A stretch of DNA of 64,000 nt from a virus. Below are positions 50,055 through 59,648 of the stretch, piece after piece. The stretch lies in IMG/VR virus record IMGVR_UViG_3300025138_000032, positions 5,688-69,687 of that record. One strand, written 5' to 3'. Under the pieces are notes generated by a model. The model did not search any database and was not told where the DNA came from. It saw only the letters and a program-made list of their open reading frames with translations. A program made the translations under genes and the position numbers. Numbering within the stretch: the first letter of the stretch is position 1; the number at the start of each line of letters is the position of its first letter.

Positions 50055-50128
50055 GCGGAGATAGTTTACTAGAAAAACGGTCTAATACCATTAGACAGAC
50101 GAGAGTGCAAATCTTTCTCTCCGCTCCA
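50055..50128 (+). tRNA. Atypical tRNA-Gly, anticodon ACC, with encoded CCA
   Basis: Cloverleaf: acceptor GCGGAGA/TCTCCGC, D stem GTTT/AAAC, anticodon stem GTCTA/TAGAC with loop ATACCAT, T stem GAGAG/CTTTC, U73, CCA. Sigma70-like promoter (TTGCAA..TATAAT) just upstream. Confidence 0.85.
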
Positions 50129-50148
50129 ATTTTTTTACGGAGAACAAT

Positions 50149-50694
50149 ATGTCATACCCTTATAATAACGGAATGCTAACAGTTGGGGACGAATTCCCAC
50201 CTTTTGAATTACAAGGAGTTAATCCCAGTAATGAACTTGTATCAGTCTCAGTAGAAGGTAGTTACACGCCACATAAACATGATTGGTCAGTAATCTATTT
50301 CTATCCTAAAGACTTTACATTCATTTGTCCTACAGAAATTTCTGCAATGGATATTTTAGTAGACGAAGCCAATGTCATTGGTATTAGTGGTGACAATGAG
50401 TTTTGTAAACTTGCATGGAAAAACGACAATGATTTGATAGGTAATATCAGACACCCATTGGCCGCAGATTGTGGGTTGTATCTTTCAGAAGAACTCGGTA
50501 TTGTAAATCAACGAGAAGGTGTTTGCTATAGGGCAACATTTATTATTGATAAAGACCGTGTAATTCAACATGTATCAGTGAACGCATTAGATACAGGTAG
50601 AAATGCAGACGAAGTGTTAAGAACTCTTCAGGCACTTAAGGCAGGCGGACTAACTGGTTGCTCTTGGTCACCAGAAGATGACTTCGTAGCATAA
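50149..50694 (+). CDS. ahpC: Peroxiredoxin (AhpC/TSA)
   Basis: FYPKDFTFICPTE, RATFIID and GRNADEVLR. Confidence 0.92.
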   Translation: MSYPYNNGMLTVGDEFPPFELQGVNPSNELVSVSVEGSYTPHKHDWSVIYFYPKDFTFICPTEISAMDILVDEANVIGISGDNEFCKLAWKNDNDLIGNIRHPLAADCGLYLSEELGIVNQREGVCYRATFIIDKDRVIQHVSVNALDTGRNADEVLRTLQALKAGGLTGCSWSPEDDFVA

Positions 50695-50715
50695 TACAAA
50701 AACTCACTAGACAGG

Positions 50716-50751
50716 AACCCAAGTTCATCGTATAATGGACTTGGGTTTTTT
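50716..50751 (+). terminator. Terminator hairpin overlapping a sigma70-like promoter
   Basis: AACCCAAGT...ACTTGGGTT plus T-run; TATAAT lies in the loop and TAGACA just upstream. Confidence 0.65.
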
Positions 50752-50754
50752 ATT

Positions 50755-51879
50755 ATGTTAATACTTTCAAAACAAGATGCTGAATATGTAGGTCAAATTT
50801 TTATTGACTACTATTCTAATTTCGATAGAATCGATGACTATTTACGCAAGGTTAAACTTGAGAAAATGGCAGAGAGACCTGCGTCCTTATTTGGCATGGG
50901 TCCAGAAGATGATATGTTTCAAGACTTTACTATGCACCCAAATGATATGGACTTCGTGTGTAGAGAAATGCCAATCTATGATGATTACATTGACATAGTT
51001 GCATCTCAAATGATACAAAAGTCTATACCAGGCAAAACTCTAAAGTGGGTAGTTTATGAAAAGAATACGAATAAGATTGTTGGATTTATTAGATTTGGCA
51101 GTCCTACTATTAATAGTAAACCTCGTAACGAGTTCTTAGGCAAACCTCTAAATACAACAGACAAAGATACAATGAAGAGATTCAATGATTCTACAATCAT
51201 GGGTTTCAATATCATACCAACTCAACCATTTGGTTTTAATTATCTAGGTGGTAAACTTCTTGCCGCCATTTGCACTTCGCATTACGCCAGAAGAGCATTG
51301 AACAAGAAGTACAATACAAACTATTGTATGTTTGAAACTACATCGTTATATGGTTCAAGCAAATCATCATCAATGTATGACGGCATGAAACCTTATCTAA
51401 AATTCATTGGTCTAACTGATTCAGATTTTGTACCTAGTATCAATGATGATAAGTATCATCATTTAAAAGATTGGTTCGAAAACAAAAACAGTGGCGTACC
51501 TTTAGTAGATGCAGAGGCGTCAAGTAGAAAGTTGAAGACTCAAAGTAAGATGATATCTATTATAAGAAACTCACTAGCGATGGCAAATAGTGAAATGTAT
51601 GAACCATTCAAACAATGTTTTATAGATGCCAAGAATCTTACAGAAAGAAAGAGACAATACTTAGGTACATATGGTTATGCAAATGTAAAAGAGTATATGA
51701 ACTCAGAGACAGATACCCTAGTGAAGAATGTAAACTTTGACAGATTTGAATTAGACAATGTTTATACATGGTGGAAAAAGATGGCAACTAAAAGATATGA
51801 AAATCTCCAGAGAGATGGTAGATTAAGAACTGAACTAGAAGTTTGGTCAAAGAATTCAAACATAGATATTATAAGATGA
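50755..51879 (+). CDS. DUF4338/Druantia DruA-like protein
   Basis: GFIRFGSP...PR, IIPTQPFGFNYLGGKLLA and ETTSLYG..SSMY. Confidence 0.65.
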   Translation: MLILSKQDAEYVGQIFIDYYSNFDRIDDYLRKVKLEKMAERPASLFGMGPEDDMFQDFTMHPNDMDFVCREMPIYDDYIDIVASQMIQKSIPGKTLKWVVYEKNTNKIVGFIRFGSPTINSKPRNEFLGKPLNTTDKDTMKRFNDSTIMGFNIIPTQPFGFNYLGGKLLAAICTSHYARRALNKKYNTNYCMFETTSLYGSSKSSSMYDGMKPYLKFIGLTDSDFVPSINDDKYHHLKDWFENKNSGVPLVDAEASSRKLKTQSKMISIIRNSLAMANSEMYEPFKQCFIDAKNLTERKRQYLGTYGYANVKEYMNSETDTLVKNVNFDRFELDNVYTWWKKMATKRYENLQRDGRLRTELEVWSKNSNIDIIR

Positions 51880-52028
51880 AGAACATAAGAGAACAAGAAA
51901 CTACTGATAACCATTTAGAACTAATAGAAAGAATAGACAAACTATTAATGGTCGTTTATCTGATAAGTGAAGACTTAAAAGAAGTCAAGGCAAAACAACA
52001 GAGGCAGATAGAAAGAAGTGGGTACTAA
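51876..52028 (+). CDS. Small coiled-coil hypothetical protein
   Basis: ATGA overlap with the upstream stop. Confidence 0.45.
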   Translation: MKNIREQETTDNHLELIERIDKLLMVVYLISEDLKEVKAKQQRQIERSGY

Positions 52029-52419
52029 GATAGGGTTTACATGTGGTGCTTGGGACTTATTACACGCAGGTCATGTAGTCATGTTAAAACAGGCAAGACA
52101 GAATTGTGACTATTTAATTGTCGGACTTCAGACTGACCCAAGTATCGATAGACAAGAAAAAAATCAACCAGTGCAATCTGTATACGAGAGATTCGTTCAA
52201 GTTTCTGCTTTAAGAGATGTAGACGAAGTTGTACCATACGATACTGAACAAAGTTTAATTGACTTACTAGAATCAACATCTATAGATGTTAGATTTATAG
52301 GTGAGGATTATAAAGATAAATCTTTCACAGGCGATTACTTGCCTATAAAGATTTTTTACACAAATAGAAAACACTCATTTAGTTCGAGTGGTTTAAGAGA
52401 GAGGGTTACACAATCATGA
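52018..52419 (+). CDS. Cytidylyltransferase (TagD-like, HxGH family)
   Basis: GAWDLLHAGH, VGLQTD and RKHSFSSSGLR. Confidence 0.88.
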   Translation: MGTKIGFTCGAWDLLHAGHVVMLKQARQNCDYLIVGLQTDPSIDRQEKNQPVQSVYERFVQVSALRDVDEVVPYDTEQSLIDLLESTSIDVRFIGEDYKDKSFTGDYLPIKIFYTNRKHSFSSSGLRERVTQS

Positions 52420-53402
52420 ATATAACAATAGCAAGACTTCGTTCAAATGTAAAGTACTTAGGTCCATTAGAAACTGTACTAGATAGTTTCTTTGAGAATT
52501 ACATAAAATGGATGAGAGACCATCCAGAACATAACTATGATACTTACAATGTATCATTTGAAAACAAAAGACCTAAGAGAACGCCAGAGACTATTGAATG
52601 GGCAGATTGCATTGTTATACCAAGTGACTCAGAGTTTAGATATCATGGCGAATTGCAGATGAACCCTAAAGACCTTGCAACATCAAATGAACATATGGCA
52701 AAGATTGTACCTCATTTTGAAGGTAAACATGTCATCATGTTCTGTAGTGATAGAGCAGATACAGAAGAGTTATATGTCAACGAAGTATTTAAGGGTATCA
52801 ATTTAAAATCATTCACTAAAATCGATGAGATAGATTTCAGTGGTAACATTCACGGCATGAAGTATCACTTTATAAATACTTTAAAAAACCCATTGGCAGA
52901 AATGGTTGGGTCATCTAAGACTCACGACTTTGGATATTGGGGTCGTATGAAACATGGCCACGATAGAGAGAAGACAATTCGCCAAATTTATCGTAGTGAC
53001 CTTTCATGCCAACTTATTGGTGGTATGCCATCTGGTGTAGAAAGAAAGTCTAAATGGATTAAAGATTGGAAAGTTCTTTATCCTCTCTTAGAGGGTTGCA
53101 GAGAAACATTATGTTTCAACTGGTTAGATGAAACTGCAACAACATCTAGATATGTAGAGGCACTTGCAATTGGTATCGTACCACTAGTATGGAGAAATTA
53201 CGATTGTAACAATACATACAGAATAAATAAGTGGCAGAGATGTTATACTTTTGAAGAGTTCTTAGAGAAGTCTTTAGAGTTAAGAGATGACTCATTTAGA
53301 GAAGCGAAACTAGAAGAGTATAGAAATAACTATGCAGAAGTGCATCTAACAGAAGAAGGTTATTACAAAGAATTCGCAAGGAGAATGGACAATGCTTTTT
53401 AA
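52416..53402 (+). CDS. GT-B glycosyltransferase resembling T4 DNA beta-glucosyltransferase
   Basis: FGYWGRMKHGHDRE and TSRYVEALA parallel BGT YGGSFRSGQRE and TLRVWETMA (recalled from memory). Confidence 0.55.
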   Translation: MNITIARLRSNVKYLGPLETVLDSFFENYIKWMRDHPEHNYDTYNVSFENKRPKRTPETIEWADCIVIPSDSEFRYHGELQMNPKDLATSNEHMAKIVPHFEGKHVIMFCSDRADTEELYVNEVFKGINLKSFTKIDEIDFSGNIHGMKYHFINTLKNPLAEMVGSSKTHDFGYWGRMKHGHDREKTIRQIYRSDLSCQLIGGMPSGVERKSKWIKDWKVLYPLLEGCRETLCFNWLDETATTSRYVEALAIGIVPLVWRNYDCNNTYRINKWQRCYTFEEFLEKSLELRDDSFREAKLEEYRNNYAEVHLTEEGYYKEFARRMDNAF

Positions 53403-53715
53403 AGAAGTTTATCAAGTTGTAGAGAACCCACATGAAGCCGATGCAGGTATAGAACTTCTATCTGGTGAGTGGCAGGGTTTAGTATTTCAGTTTGGTGATG
53501 TTCAATTCGAAGACGGCAAACCTCAAATGAACTTCAAAAGAACTATAAGAAGAATGCCGGAAAGTGTAGAAGGTACGGAGGAGAACATTCAAGAATTACT
53601 AAATAATGGTGAATTAAATAAACTCATGGGTGACATTCTAGTAGAACTAATCCAAGAACAAATCAAAAGAGAAGAGGAAACAAAAAATGGCAAGAATAAA
53701 TCTAAAATTTCATAA
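53392..53715 (+). CDS. Conserved hypothetical phage protein
   Basis: IELLSGEWQGLVFQFGDV...MGDILVEL. Confidence 0.65.
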   Translation: MLFKEVYQVVENPHEADAGIELLSGEWQGLVFQFGDVQFEDGKPQMNFKRTIRRMPESVEGTEENIQELLNNGELNKLMGDILVELIQEQIKREEETKNGKNKSKIS

Positions 53716-53869
53716 AATGGAAGGCGACCCAGAAATTAAAGTAGGTTATTACTTTAATTGTGAAGAAGGTGATAGAGCAGAATTTCAGGCAGCAAAAGAA
53801 AGCGAAGGCTTTACATTTGATGAACTAAAGGATCCAGATTTTACTAATGCAGTAGAAGACGATTCATAA
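53687..53869 (+). CDS. Small hypothetical protein
   Basis: SD GAGG; 60 aa. Confidence 0.5.
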   Translation: MARINLKFHKMEGDPEIKVGYYFNCEEGDRAEFQAAKESEGFTFDELKDPDFTNAVEDDS

Positions 53870-53879
53870 GGAATAAATC

Positions 53880-54335
53880 ATGAATAAAGATGTTTTAAAA
53901 GAACAAATCAAAAGACATGAGGGCGAAGTGCTTGAAGTCTATGCAGACTCATTAGGGTATCTAACACTAGGTGTTGGGCATCTTATCAGAGAAGATGATG
54001 CAGAGTTTGGAGAACCAGCAGGAACTCCAGTCAGTCAAGATACTGTTGACCGTTATTACGAAGCAGATTTTGACAAACATGTTGATGAAACTATACATCT
54101 ATTTGAATCAAAGGGTGGAGAAGACTTCTATAGTCTACCAGAAGATATTCAACATGTACTAGTCAATATGACATTCAACTTAGGTGGAAGTCGTTTTGGT
54201 AAATTCAATAACATGTGGAAAGGAGTCATCTCAGAAGATTGGGATACAGTCGCAGTTGAAATGGAAGACTCAAAATGGTTTGGTCAAGTTGGCCGCCGTT
54301 CAGTTGAATTACAGGAAATGGTAAGAAATGCGTAG
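53880..54335 (+). CDS. Lysozyme (GH24, T4-lysozyme-like endolysin)
   Basis: HEG...VYADSLGYLTLGVGHL, NMTFNLG and DSKWFGQVGRRS. Confidence 0.9.
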   Translation: MNKDVLKEQIKRHEGEVLEVYADSLGYLTLGVGHLIREDDAEFGEPAGTPVSQDTVDRYYEADFDKHVDETIHLFESKGGEDFYSLPEDIQHVLVNMTFNLGGSRFGKFNNMWKGVISEDWDTVAVEMEDSKWFGQVGRRSVELQEMVRNA

Positions 54336-54621
54336 AGTAAGATGTATCAGACTTGACACAGGGGAAGTGCTAATAGGTTTCGTAGAACGAAAGTGGAATG
54401 GTGATTATGTCATTAGTGAAGCTCAAGTATGCCTAATGGAAGTAAAAGAAGGAACTATGGAAGTCAACATGGCACCATGGATACCATTTGCTAAAGAGTA
54501 CACATTTACAATCAACGCAGGTCTTATACAGACTGTATTTGATGCGAAACCACAACTAGAAACTAATTTCAAAGTTTCAACAGGTAATAACTTCCAACAG
54601 AGGGGCAAAGTCGCTAAGTAA
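54328..54621 (+). CDS. Hypothetical protein (Sm-like fold)
   Basis: IRLDTGEVLIG...APWIPF. Confidence 0.6.
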   Translation: MRRVRCIRLDTGEVLIGFVERKWNGDYVISEAQVCLMEVKEGTMEVNMAPWIPFAKEYTFTINAGLIQTVFDAKPQLETNFKVSTGNNFQQRGKVAK

Positions 54622-54622
54622 T

Positions 54623-54844
54623 ATGGCAGATGTATTAAGAGCCCTAGAAAAAAAATACGAAGGTGACATTGCAGTTCACACTACAAATATCCAAGTATAT
54701 CAAGAAAACCCAGCAGGTATTGGAGAACACTCAGACATAGTTCAAACACTAGACTTAGAGGTTGCTAAACTTGCTGATGCAAAAGACAAACTAAACGCAA
54801 TAAAAGAATTATTGCATCCAACAAGAAAAACCCTTGTAGAATAA
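54623..54844 (+). CDS. Conserved hypothetical protein
   Basis: YQENPAGIGEHSDI motif. Confidence 0.7.
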   Translation: MADVLRALEKKYEGDIAVHTTNIQVYQENPAGIGEHSDIVQTLDLEVAKLADAKDKLNAIKELLHPTRKTLVE

Positions 54845-54868
54845 CCAAAACTGTAGTATACTTACAGT

Positions 54869-57376
54869 ATGGATTTTTACACAAATGTATGTCGCACTCG
54901 TGACAAAATATTAGCGATTGGTTACCAGAACGGAAAGAAACAAAAACTTTCCGTTTCTTATCGTCCCAATCATTTCATTCCCTCAAAGAAAAGTTCAACG
55001 CCTTACAAAGCACTTGACGGCAGACCACTAGATGTAGTCAATCTTGACTCTATGGGTGGGGCAAGAAAGTTCAAAGAGAAGTATCAAGGCATAGATGGTT
55101 TCGAAGTACATGGTTACGATAGATATGTTTATACTTACATATCTGATAAGTTTCCTGGCAAGATAGACTTTGACCCAAAAGTTATCAAAATCGCTACACT
55201 CGATATAGAGTGTGAGTCTGAAAATGGTTTTCCAGAACCAGGCGAAGCGATAGAAAAAGTCAACGCAATCTCAATCAAACCATTCGGTAAGTCTTGTGTT
55301 GTATTTGGTTTAGGTGAATGGGAAACAGAATCAGATGTAATCTATTTCAACTGCCGTAACGAGGCACATCTACTAACAGAGTTTATCAAGTACTGGCGCC
55401 AAGAATGGTTCGATATCATTACTGGTTGGAATGTAGATGCATTTGATATGACCTATCTTTGCAATCGTATTGATAGACTTTTTGGTGAAGATGCACATAA
55501 GAAATTATCACCATGGGGTATGTCTTCAAGTAGAGAGTTTCTACAGAATGGTTATCAGAAGACTCAGATATTTGATTTGTACGGCGTCAACATAGTTGAT
55601 TACTTAGAACTGTATCGTAAGTCTACTTTTCACAATCAAGAATCATACAAACTAGATTACATTGCTCACTTCGAGTTGGGTAAGAAGAAACTAGATTATT
55701 CAGAGTATGGTTCATTACACACCTTATACAAAAACAACTATGCCAAGTTCTTAGAATACAATGTCAAAGATGTTGTTCTCGTAGAAGAACTAGAAGACAA
55801 ACTAGGGTTCTTAGACTTGACTCAGGCAATGGCATATGATGCCAAGTGTAATTACACCGACACATTCGGTATGGTTAAGTATTGGGAAACAATCATCTAC
55901 AACTTCTTAAAAGAACAAGGAGTTCAAACGCCACCTCAGAAAAGACATGAGAACAAGACCAATCAGATTGCAGGTGCATATGTAAAAGAACCAATCACTG
56001 GTGGCCACAATTGGGTTATGTCATTCGACTTGAACTCATTGTATCCTCATTTGATTATGCAGTGGAATATCTCACCAGAGAAAATGATTAAAGGTCATAG
56101 ACAAGATGTTAATGTAGATTTAATGTTGCATAAGAAAGTAGATTTGTCTGTTGCAAAAGAGATGAACGCTACAGTTGCACCCAATGGTGTAATGTTTACA
56201 AGAGAAAAACAAGGTTTCTTTCCAGAGATTATGGAAGTCATGTATGACGAGCGTAAAGCCTGGAAGAAAAAGATGATTGAGTATCAGAAAGAAAAAGAAA
56301 AAGAACGAGACCCTAAACGAATTGCAGAACTCGATACTCTTATTAAGAGGGCATACAACAATCAACAAGTAAGAAAGATTGCATTGAACTCTGCTTATGG
56401 TTCTATGGCGAATCAATGGTTCGCATTCTTTGACCCAAATCTTGCAGAGGCAATTACTTACTCAGGTCAGTTAGTTATCAAATGGTCAGAGAAGATAGTC
56501 AATGAATATCTAAACAAGATACTCAAAACAGATAACGAAGATTATGTTATCGCAATGGACACTGATTCAATCTATCTAACAATGGATAAATTTGTAGAAA
56601 CAGTAATGCCAGGTGAAACAGATAAAAACAAGATATGTGATTTCTTATCTAAGGCAGAGTCTAAGATTGAAGATGTATTAGATGCAGGTTTCGAAGACCT
56701 TGCAGAATACACCAACGCATATCAACAGAAAATGGAAATGGGTCGTGAAGTAATTGCAGATAGAGGTATCTGGACTGCAAAGAAAAGATACATTCTAAAT
56801 GTATATGACAATGAGGGTGTGAGACTAGACGAACCTAAACTCAAACTTATGGGCATTGAGACTGCAAAGTCATCAACGCCGTTATGGGTGAGACGAAAAT
56901 TAGAAAAAGCAATCAGAATTGTCATGCGTGGTGATGAACAGCAGTTATGGGACTTTGTAGAAACTGCAAGAAAAGAATTCAGAGAATTACCTCCAGAAGA
57001 TGTTGCATTCCCTAGAGGGTGTAAAGGTATGATTCAGTATGCAGACCCTACACACATCTATGGCAAAGGCACACCAATTCATGTCAGAGGTTCATTGTTG
57101 TTCAATCATAGACTCAAAGAAATGAATCTACTTAAACGATACGAACCTATTAGAAATGGTGAGAAGATACATTTCACATACCTTACTATGCCAAACCCTA
57201 TCAATGAGAATGTGATATCATTTACTAACTCATTGCCGAAAGAGTTTGATTTACATAGATTTGTAGATTACGATTTACAGTTTGACAAATCATTTATAGA
57301 CCCATTACGCAATATAATTCAGTTAATTAACTGGAATGTAGAGCCAGTCGCAAGTTTAGACTCCTTTTTTGGATAA
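54869..57376 (+). CDS. gp43: Family B DNA polymerase gp43
   Basis: DIE exonuclease motif, SFDLNSLYPH, KIALNSAYG and MDTDS. Confidence 0.98.
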   Translation: MDFYTNVCRTRDKILAIGYQNGKKQKLSVSYRPNHFIPSKKSSTPYKALDGRPLDVVNLDSMGGARKFKEKYQGIDGFEVHGYDRYVYTYISDKFPGKIDFDPKVIKIATLDIECESENGFPEPGEAIEKVNAISIKPFGKSCVVFGLGEWETESDVIYFNCRNEAHLLTEFIKYWRQEWFDIITGWNVDAFDMTYLCNRIDRLFGEDAHKKLSPWGMSSSREFLQNGYQKTQIFDLYGVNIVDYLELYRKSTFHNQESYKLDYIAHFELGKKKLDYSEYGSLHTLYKNNYAKFLEYNVKDVVLVEELEDKLGFLDLTQAMAYDAKCNYTDTFGMVKYWETIIYNFLKEQGVQTPPQKRHENKTNQIAGAYVKEPITGGHNWVMSFDLNSLYPHLIMQWNISPEKMIKGHRQDVNVDLMLHKKVDLSVAKEMNATVAPNGVMFTREKQGFFPEIMEVMYDERKAWKKKMIEYQKEKEKERDPKRIAELDTLIKRAYNNQQVRKIALNSAYGSMANQWFAFFDPNLAEAITYSGQLVIKWSEKIVNEYLNKILKTDNEDYVIAMDTDSIYLTMDKFVETVMPGETDKNKICDFLSKAESKIEDVLDAGFEDLAEYTNAYQQKMEMGREVIADRGIWTAKKRYILNVYDNEGVRLDEPKLKLMGIETAKSSTPLWVRRKLEKAIRIVMRGDEQQLWDFVETARKEFRELPPEDVAFPRGCKGMIQYADPTHIYGKGTPIHVRGSLLFNHRLKEMNLLKRYEPIRNGEKIHFTYLTMPNPINENVISFTNSLPKEFDLHRFVDYDLQFDKSFIDPLRNIIQLINWNVEPVASLDSFFG

Positions 57377-57384
57377 ATAAACAT

Positions 57385-57534
57385 GTGTATGAAGAACTTA
57401 AAGAGATTATAAAACGACTAGAGAGCCTTGAAGAAGACTCTCATCCTTCTATTGGTCTTTGTGAGTTTGATGGATATAAAGATTTAGTTAAACGAATAGA
57501 AATAATAGAAAATGTACTCAAAAAAAGTAGTTGA
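57385..57534 (+). CDS. Small coiled-coil protein, not in the ORF track
   Basis: GTG start; MYEELKEIIKRLESLEEDSHP...; 13 nt after GATAAATA. Confidence 0.45.
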   Translation: MYEELKEIIKRLESLEEDSHPSIGLCEFDGYKDLVKRIEIIENVLKKSS

Positions 57535-57928
57535 TAGATTCGAGGCAGTGTTAAACGCACCTGAACAGTTTTCAGTAGGGAGTTTCGACCCGAAGGATCC
57601 TAATGTTGCAACAGGATTATCTGGTGCTCCTGCATGTGGCGATGTCATGAAACTACAACTCAAACTTAATGAAGATAGAGTGATTACAGATGTCAAATTT
57701 AAAACCTACGGATGTGGTTCAGCAATTGCATCAAGTTCAATGTTCGTTGACTTACTTACAGGGAAAACGATTGACGAAGCAAAACTCATTAAAGATAAAG
57801 AGATTGCAGATGCGCTTGAATTACCTCCTATCAAACTACACTGTTCCGTACTCGCAGAGGACTCAATCAGAAGAGCAATTCTAGATTGGGAAAGCAAATC
57901 AGGAGAGAACAATGGCAGAACAGAATAA
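57512..57928 (+). CDS. iscU: Fe-S cluster scaffold IscU
   Basis: GAPACGDVM, FKTYGCGSAIASSS and LPPIKLHCSVLAEDS. Confidence 0.95.
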   Translation: MYSKKVVDRFEAVLNAPEQFSVGSFDPKDPNVATGLSGAPACGDVMKLQLKLNEDRVITDVKFKTYGCGSAIASSSMFVDLLTGKTIDEAKLIKDKEIADALELPPIKLHCSVLAEDSIRRAILDWESKSGENNGRTE

Positions 57929-58367
57929 TTACAGATATACAGTAAATGTAGTGAAGGTTGTCGATGGAGATACAGTAGATGTAGATATCGATTTAGGGTT
58001 TGGTATGGTATACAAGAAACAGAGAGTTAGAATGCTGGGCATCGATACTCCTGAAAGCCGTACAAGAGACTTAGTAGAAAAGAAATTTGGTAAAGCATCA
58101 AAGAAACATCTTAAAAGTATTATAGAAAACGCTGAGTCAATTGAACTAGTATCACACGACAAAGGAAAGTTTGGAAGAATCTTGGGTGACTTATTCATAG
58201 GAAATAGTCATTACTCAATCAACCAACAAATGATTGATGAAAATCATGCAGTCGCATATACAGGTGGTAATAAAGAAGAGACTCAAGCTGAACATATGGC
58301 AAATAGATTAGTAGTAATAGAAAGGGGTGAGGTTGTGTTAGAAACACAATCAGAGTTAGAACTATGA
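57912..58367 (+). CDS. Thermonuclease (SNase-like)
   Basis: VVDGDT, RMLGIDTPE and KGKFGRILG. Confidence 0.9.
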   Translation: MAEQNNYRYTVNVVKVVDGDTVDVDIDLGFGMVYKKQRVRMLGIDTPESRTRDLVEKKFGKASKKHLKSIIENAESIELVSHDKGKFGRILGDLFIGNSHYSINQQMIDENHAVAYTGGNKEETQAEHMANRLVVIERGEVVLETQSELEL

Positions 58368-58592
58368 TAATCCAGGTAATGGATGTATTCTACATAATCA
58401 TGATTGCTATAATCTTTGGTTTCATAATTCATTTAGAAACTCAATCTAAAATAATATTAGAAATTCTTAGGGCAAACAATGATTACAAATCTTGTCGTGA
58501 AGAGTTAGAAGATTTAGAAAACCAACTAGACAAATAGAACATCTTTTAGTATACTAGACTAGTATATTAATAATATATTATGGAGAAGTGAA

Positions 58593-59648
58593 ATGAATTT
58601 TATTAAAGATTTAGTCAAAGCATCTGGCAATGAATACGCAGGCATAGTGTCTGATGGTATCAACGCTGGTGATGTAGACTCGTTTGTAGATAGTGGGTCT
58701 TACATCTTTAACGCTTTGCTTAGTGGGTCACTATATGGCGGCCTTCCTAAAAACAAAATCACCGCAATCGCAGGTGAATCAGCAACAGGTAAAACTTTCT
58801 TTGCATTGGGAATGGTAAAACAATTCCTAGAAGATAATCCTGATTCTGCTGTTATCTATTTTGAATCAGAATCAGCAATCAGTAAATCAATGATTGAAGA
58901 TAGAGGAATTGATTCAGACAGAATTGTTATCGTGCCTGTGGTAACAGTACAAGAATTTAGAAACCAGGCAATCAATATTCTTGACAAGTACTTAGAAACA
59001 CCAGAGGCCGAAAGACCTCCGATGATGTTCTGTTTAGACTCACTTGGTATGTTATCAACTACCAAAGAGATACAAGATACTGCTGACGGAAAAGAAACGA
59101 AAGACATGACTCGTGCCCAAATCACAAAGGGTGCATTTAGAGTATTAACTCTTAAACTAGGTCGTGCAGGAGTGCCGATGATAGTCACAAATCACACATA
59201 CGATGTGATTGGTTCTATGTTTCCTCAGAAAGAAATGGGTGGGGGTAGTGGTCTCAAGTATGCCGCTAGTTCAATCATCTATCTTTCTAAGAGAAAAGAG
59301 AAAGAAGGAACTGAAGTTGTGGGCAACATCATTCACTGTAAAAATGCCAAGTCAAGACTTACTGTAGAGAACAGAATGGTCGATGTCAGATTGACATATG
59401 ATAAAGGTCTAGATAGATATTATGGTCTATTAGATATGGCACTTGCAAGTGGTGTATTTCAGAAGTCAAGCACAAGGGTGTTGTTACCCAATGGCAAAAC
59501 CGAGTTTGGTAAAACCATTAACAACAATCCCGAAAAGTATTTCACTACAGATGTAATGGAAAGACTAGAAAAAGTCGCAAACAATTATTTTAAGTATGGT
59601 AGCAATGAGAGTAGAACAGACAATCCTGAAGAACCTGATTCAGAGTGA
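58593..59648 (+). CDS. uvsX: RecA-like recombinase UvsX
   Basis: [13 protein letters not shown] and MGGGSGLKY. Confidence 0.95.
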   Translation: MNFIKDLVKASGNEYAGIVSDGINAGDVDSFVDSGSYIFNALLSGSLYGGLPKNKITAIAGESATGKTFFALGMVKQFLEDNPDSAVIYFESESAISKSMIEDRGIDSDRIVIVPVVTVQEFRNQAINILDKYLETPEAERPPMMFCLDSLGMLSTTKEIQDTADGKETKDMTRAQITKGAFRVLTLKLGRAGVPMIVTNHTYDVIGSMFPQKEMGGGSGLKYAASSIIYLSKRKEKEGTEVVGNIIHCKNAKSRLTVENRMVDVRLTYDKGLDRYYGLLDMALASGVFQKSSTRVLLPNGKTEFGKTINNNPEKYFTTDVMERLEKVANNYFKYGSNESRTDNPEEPDSE

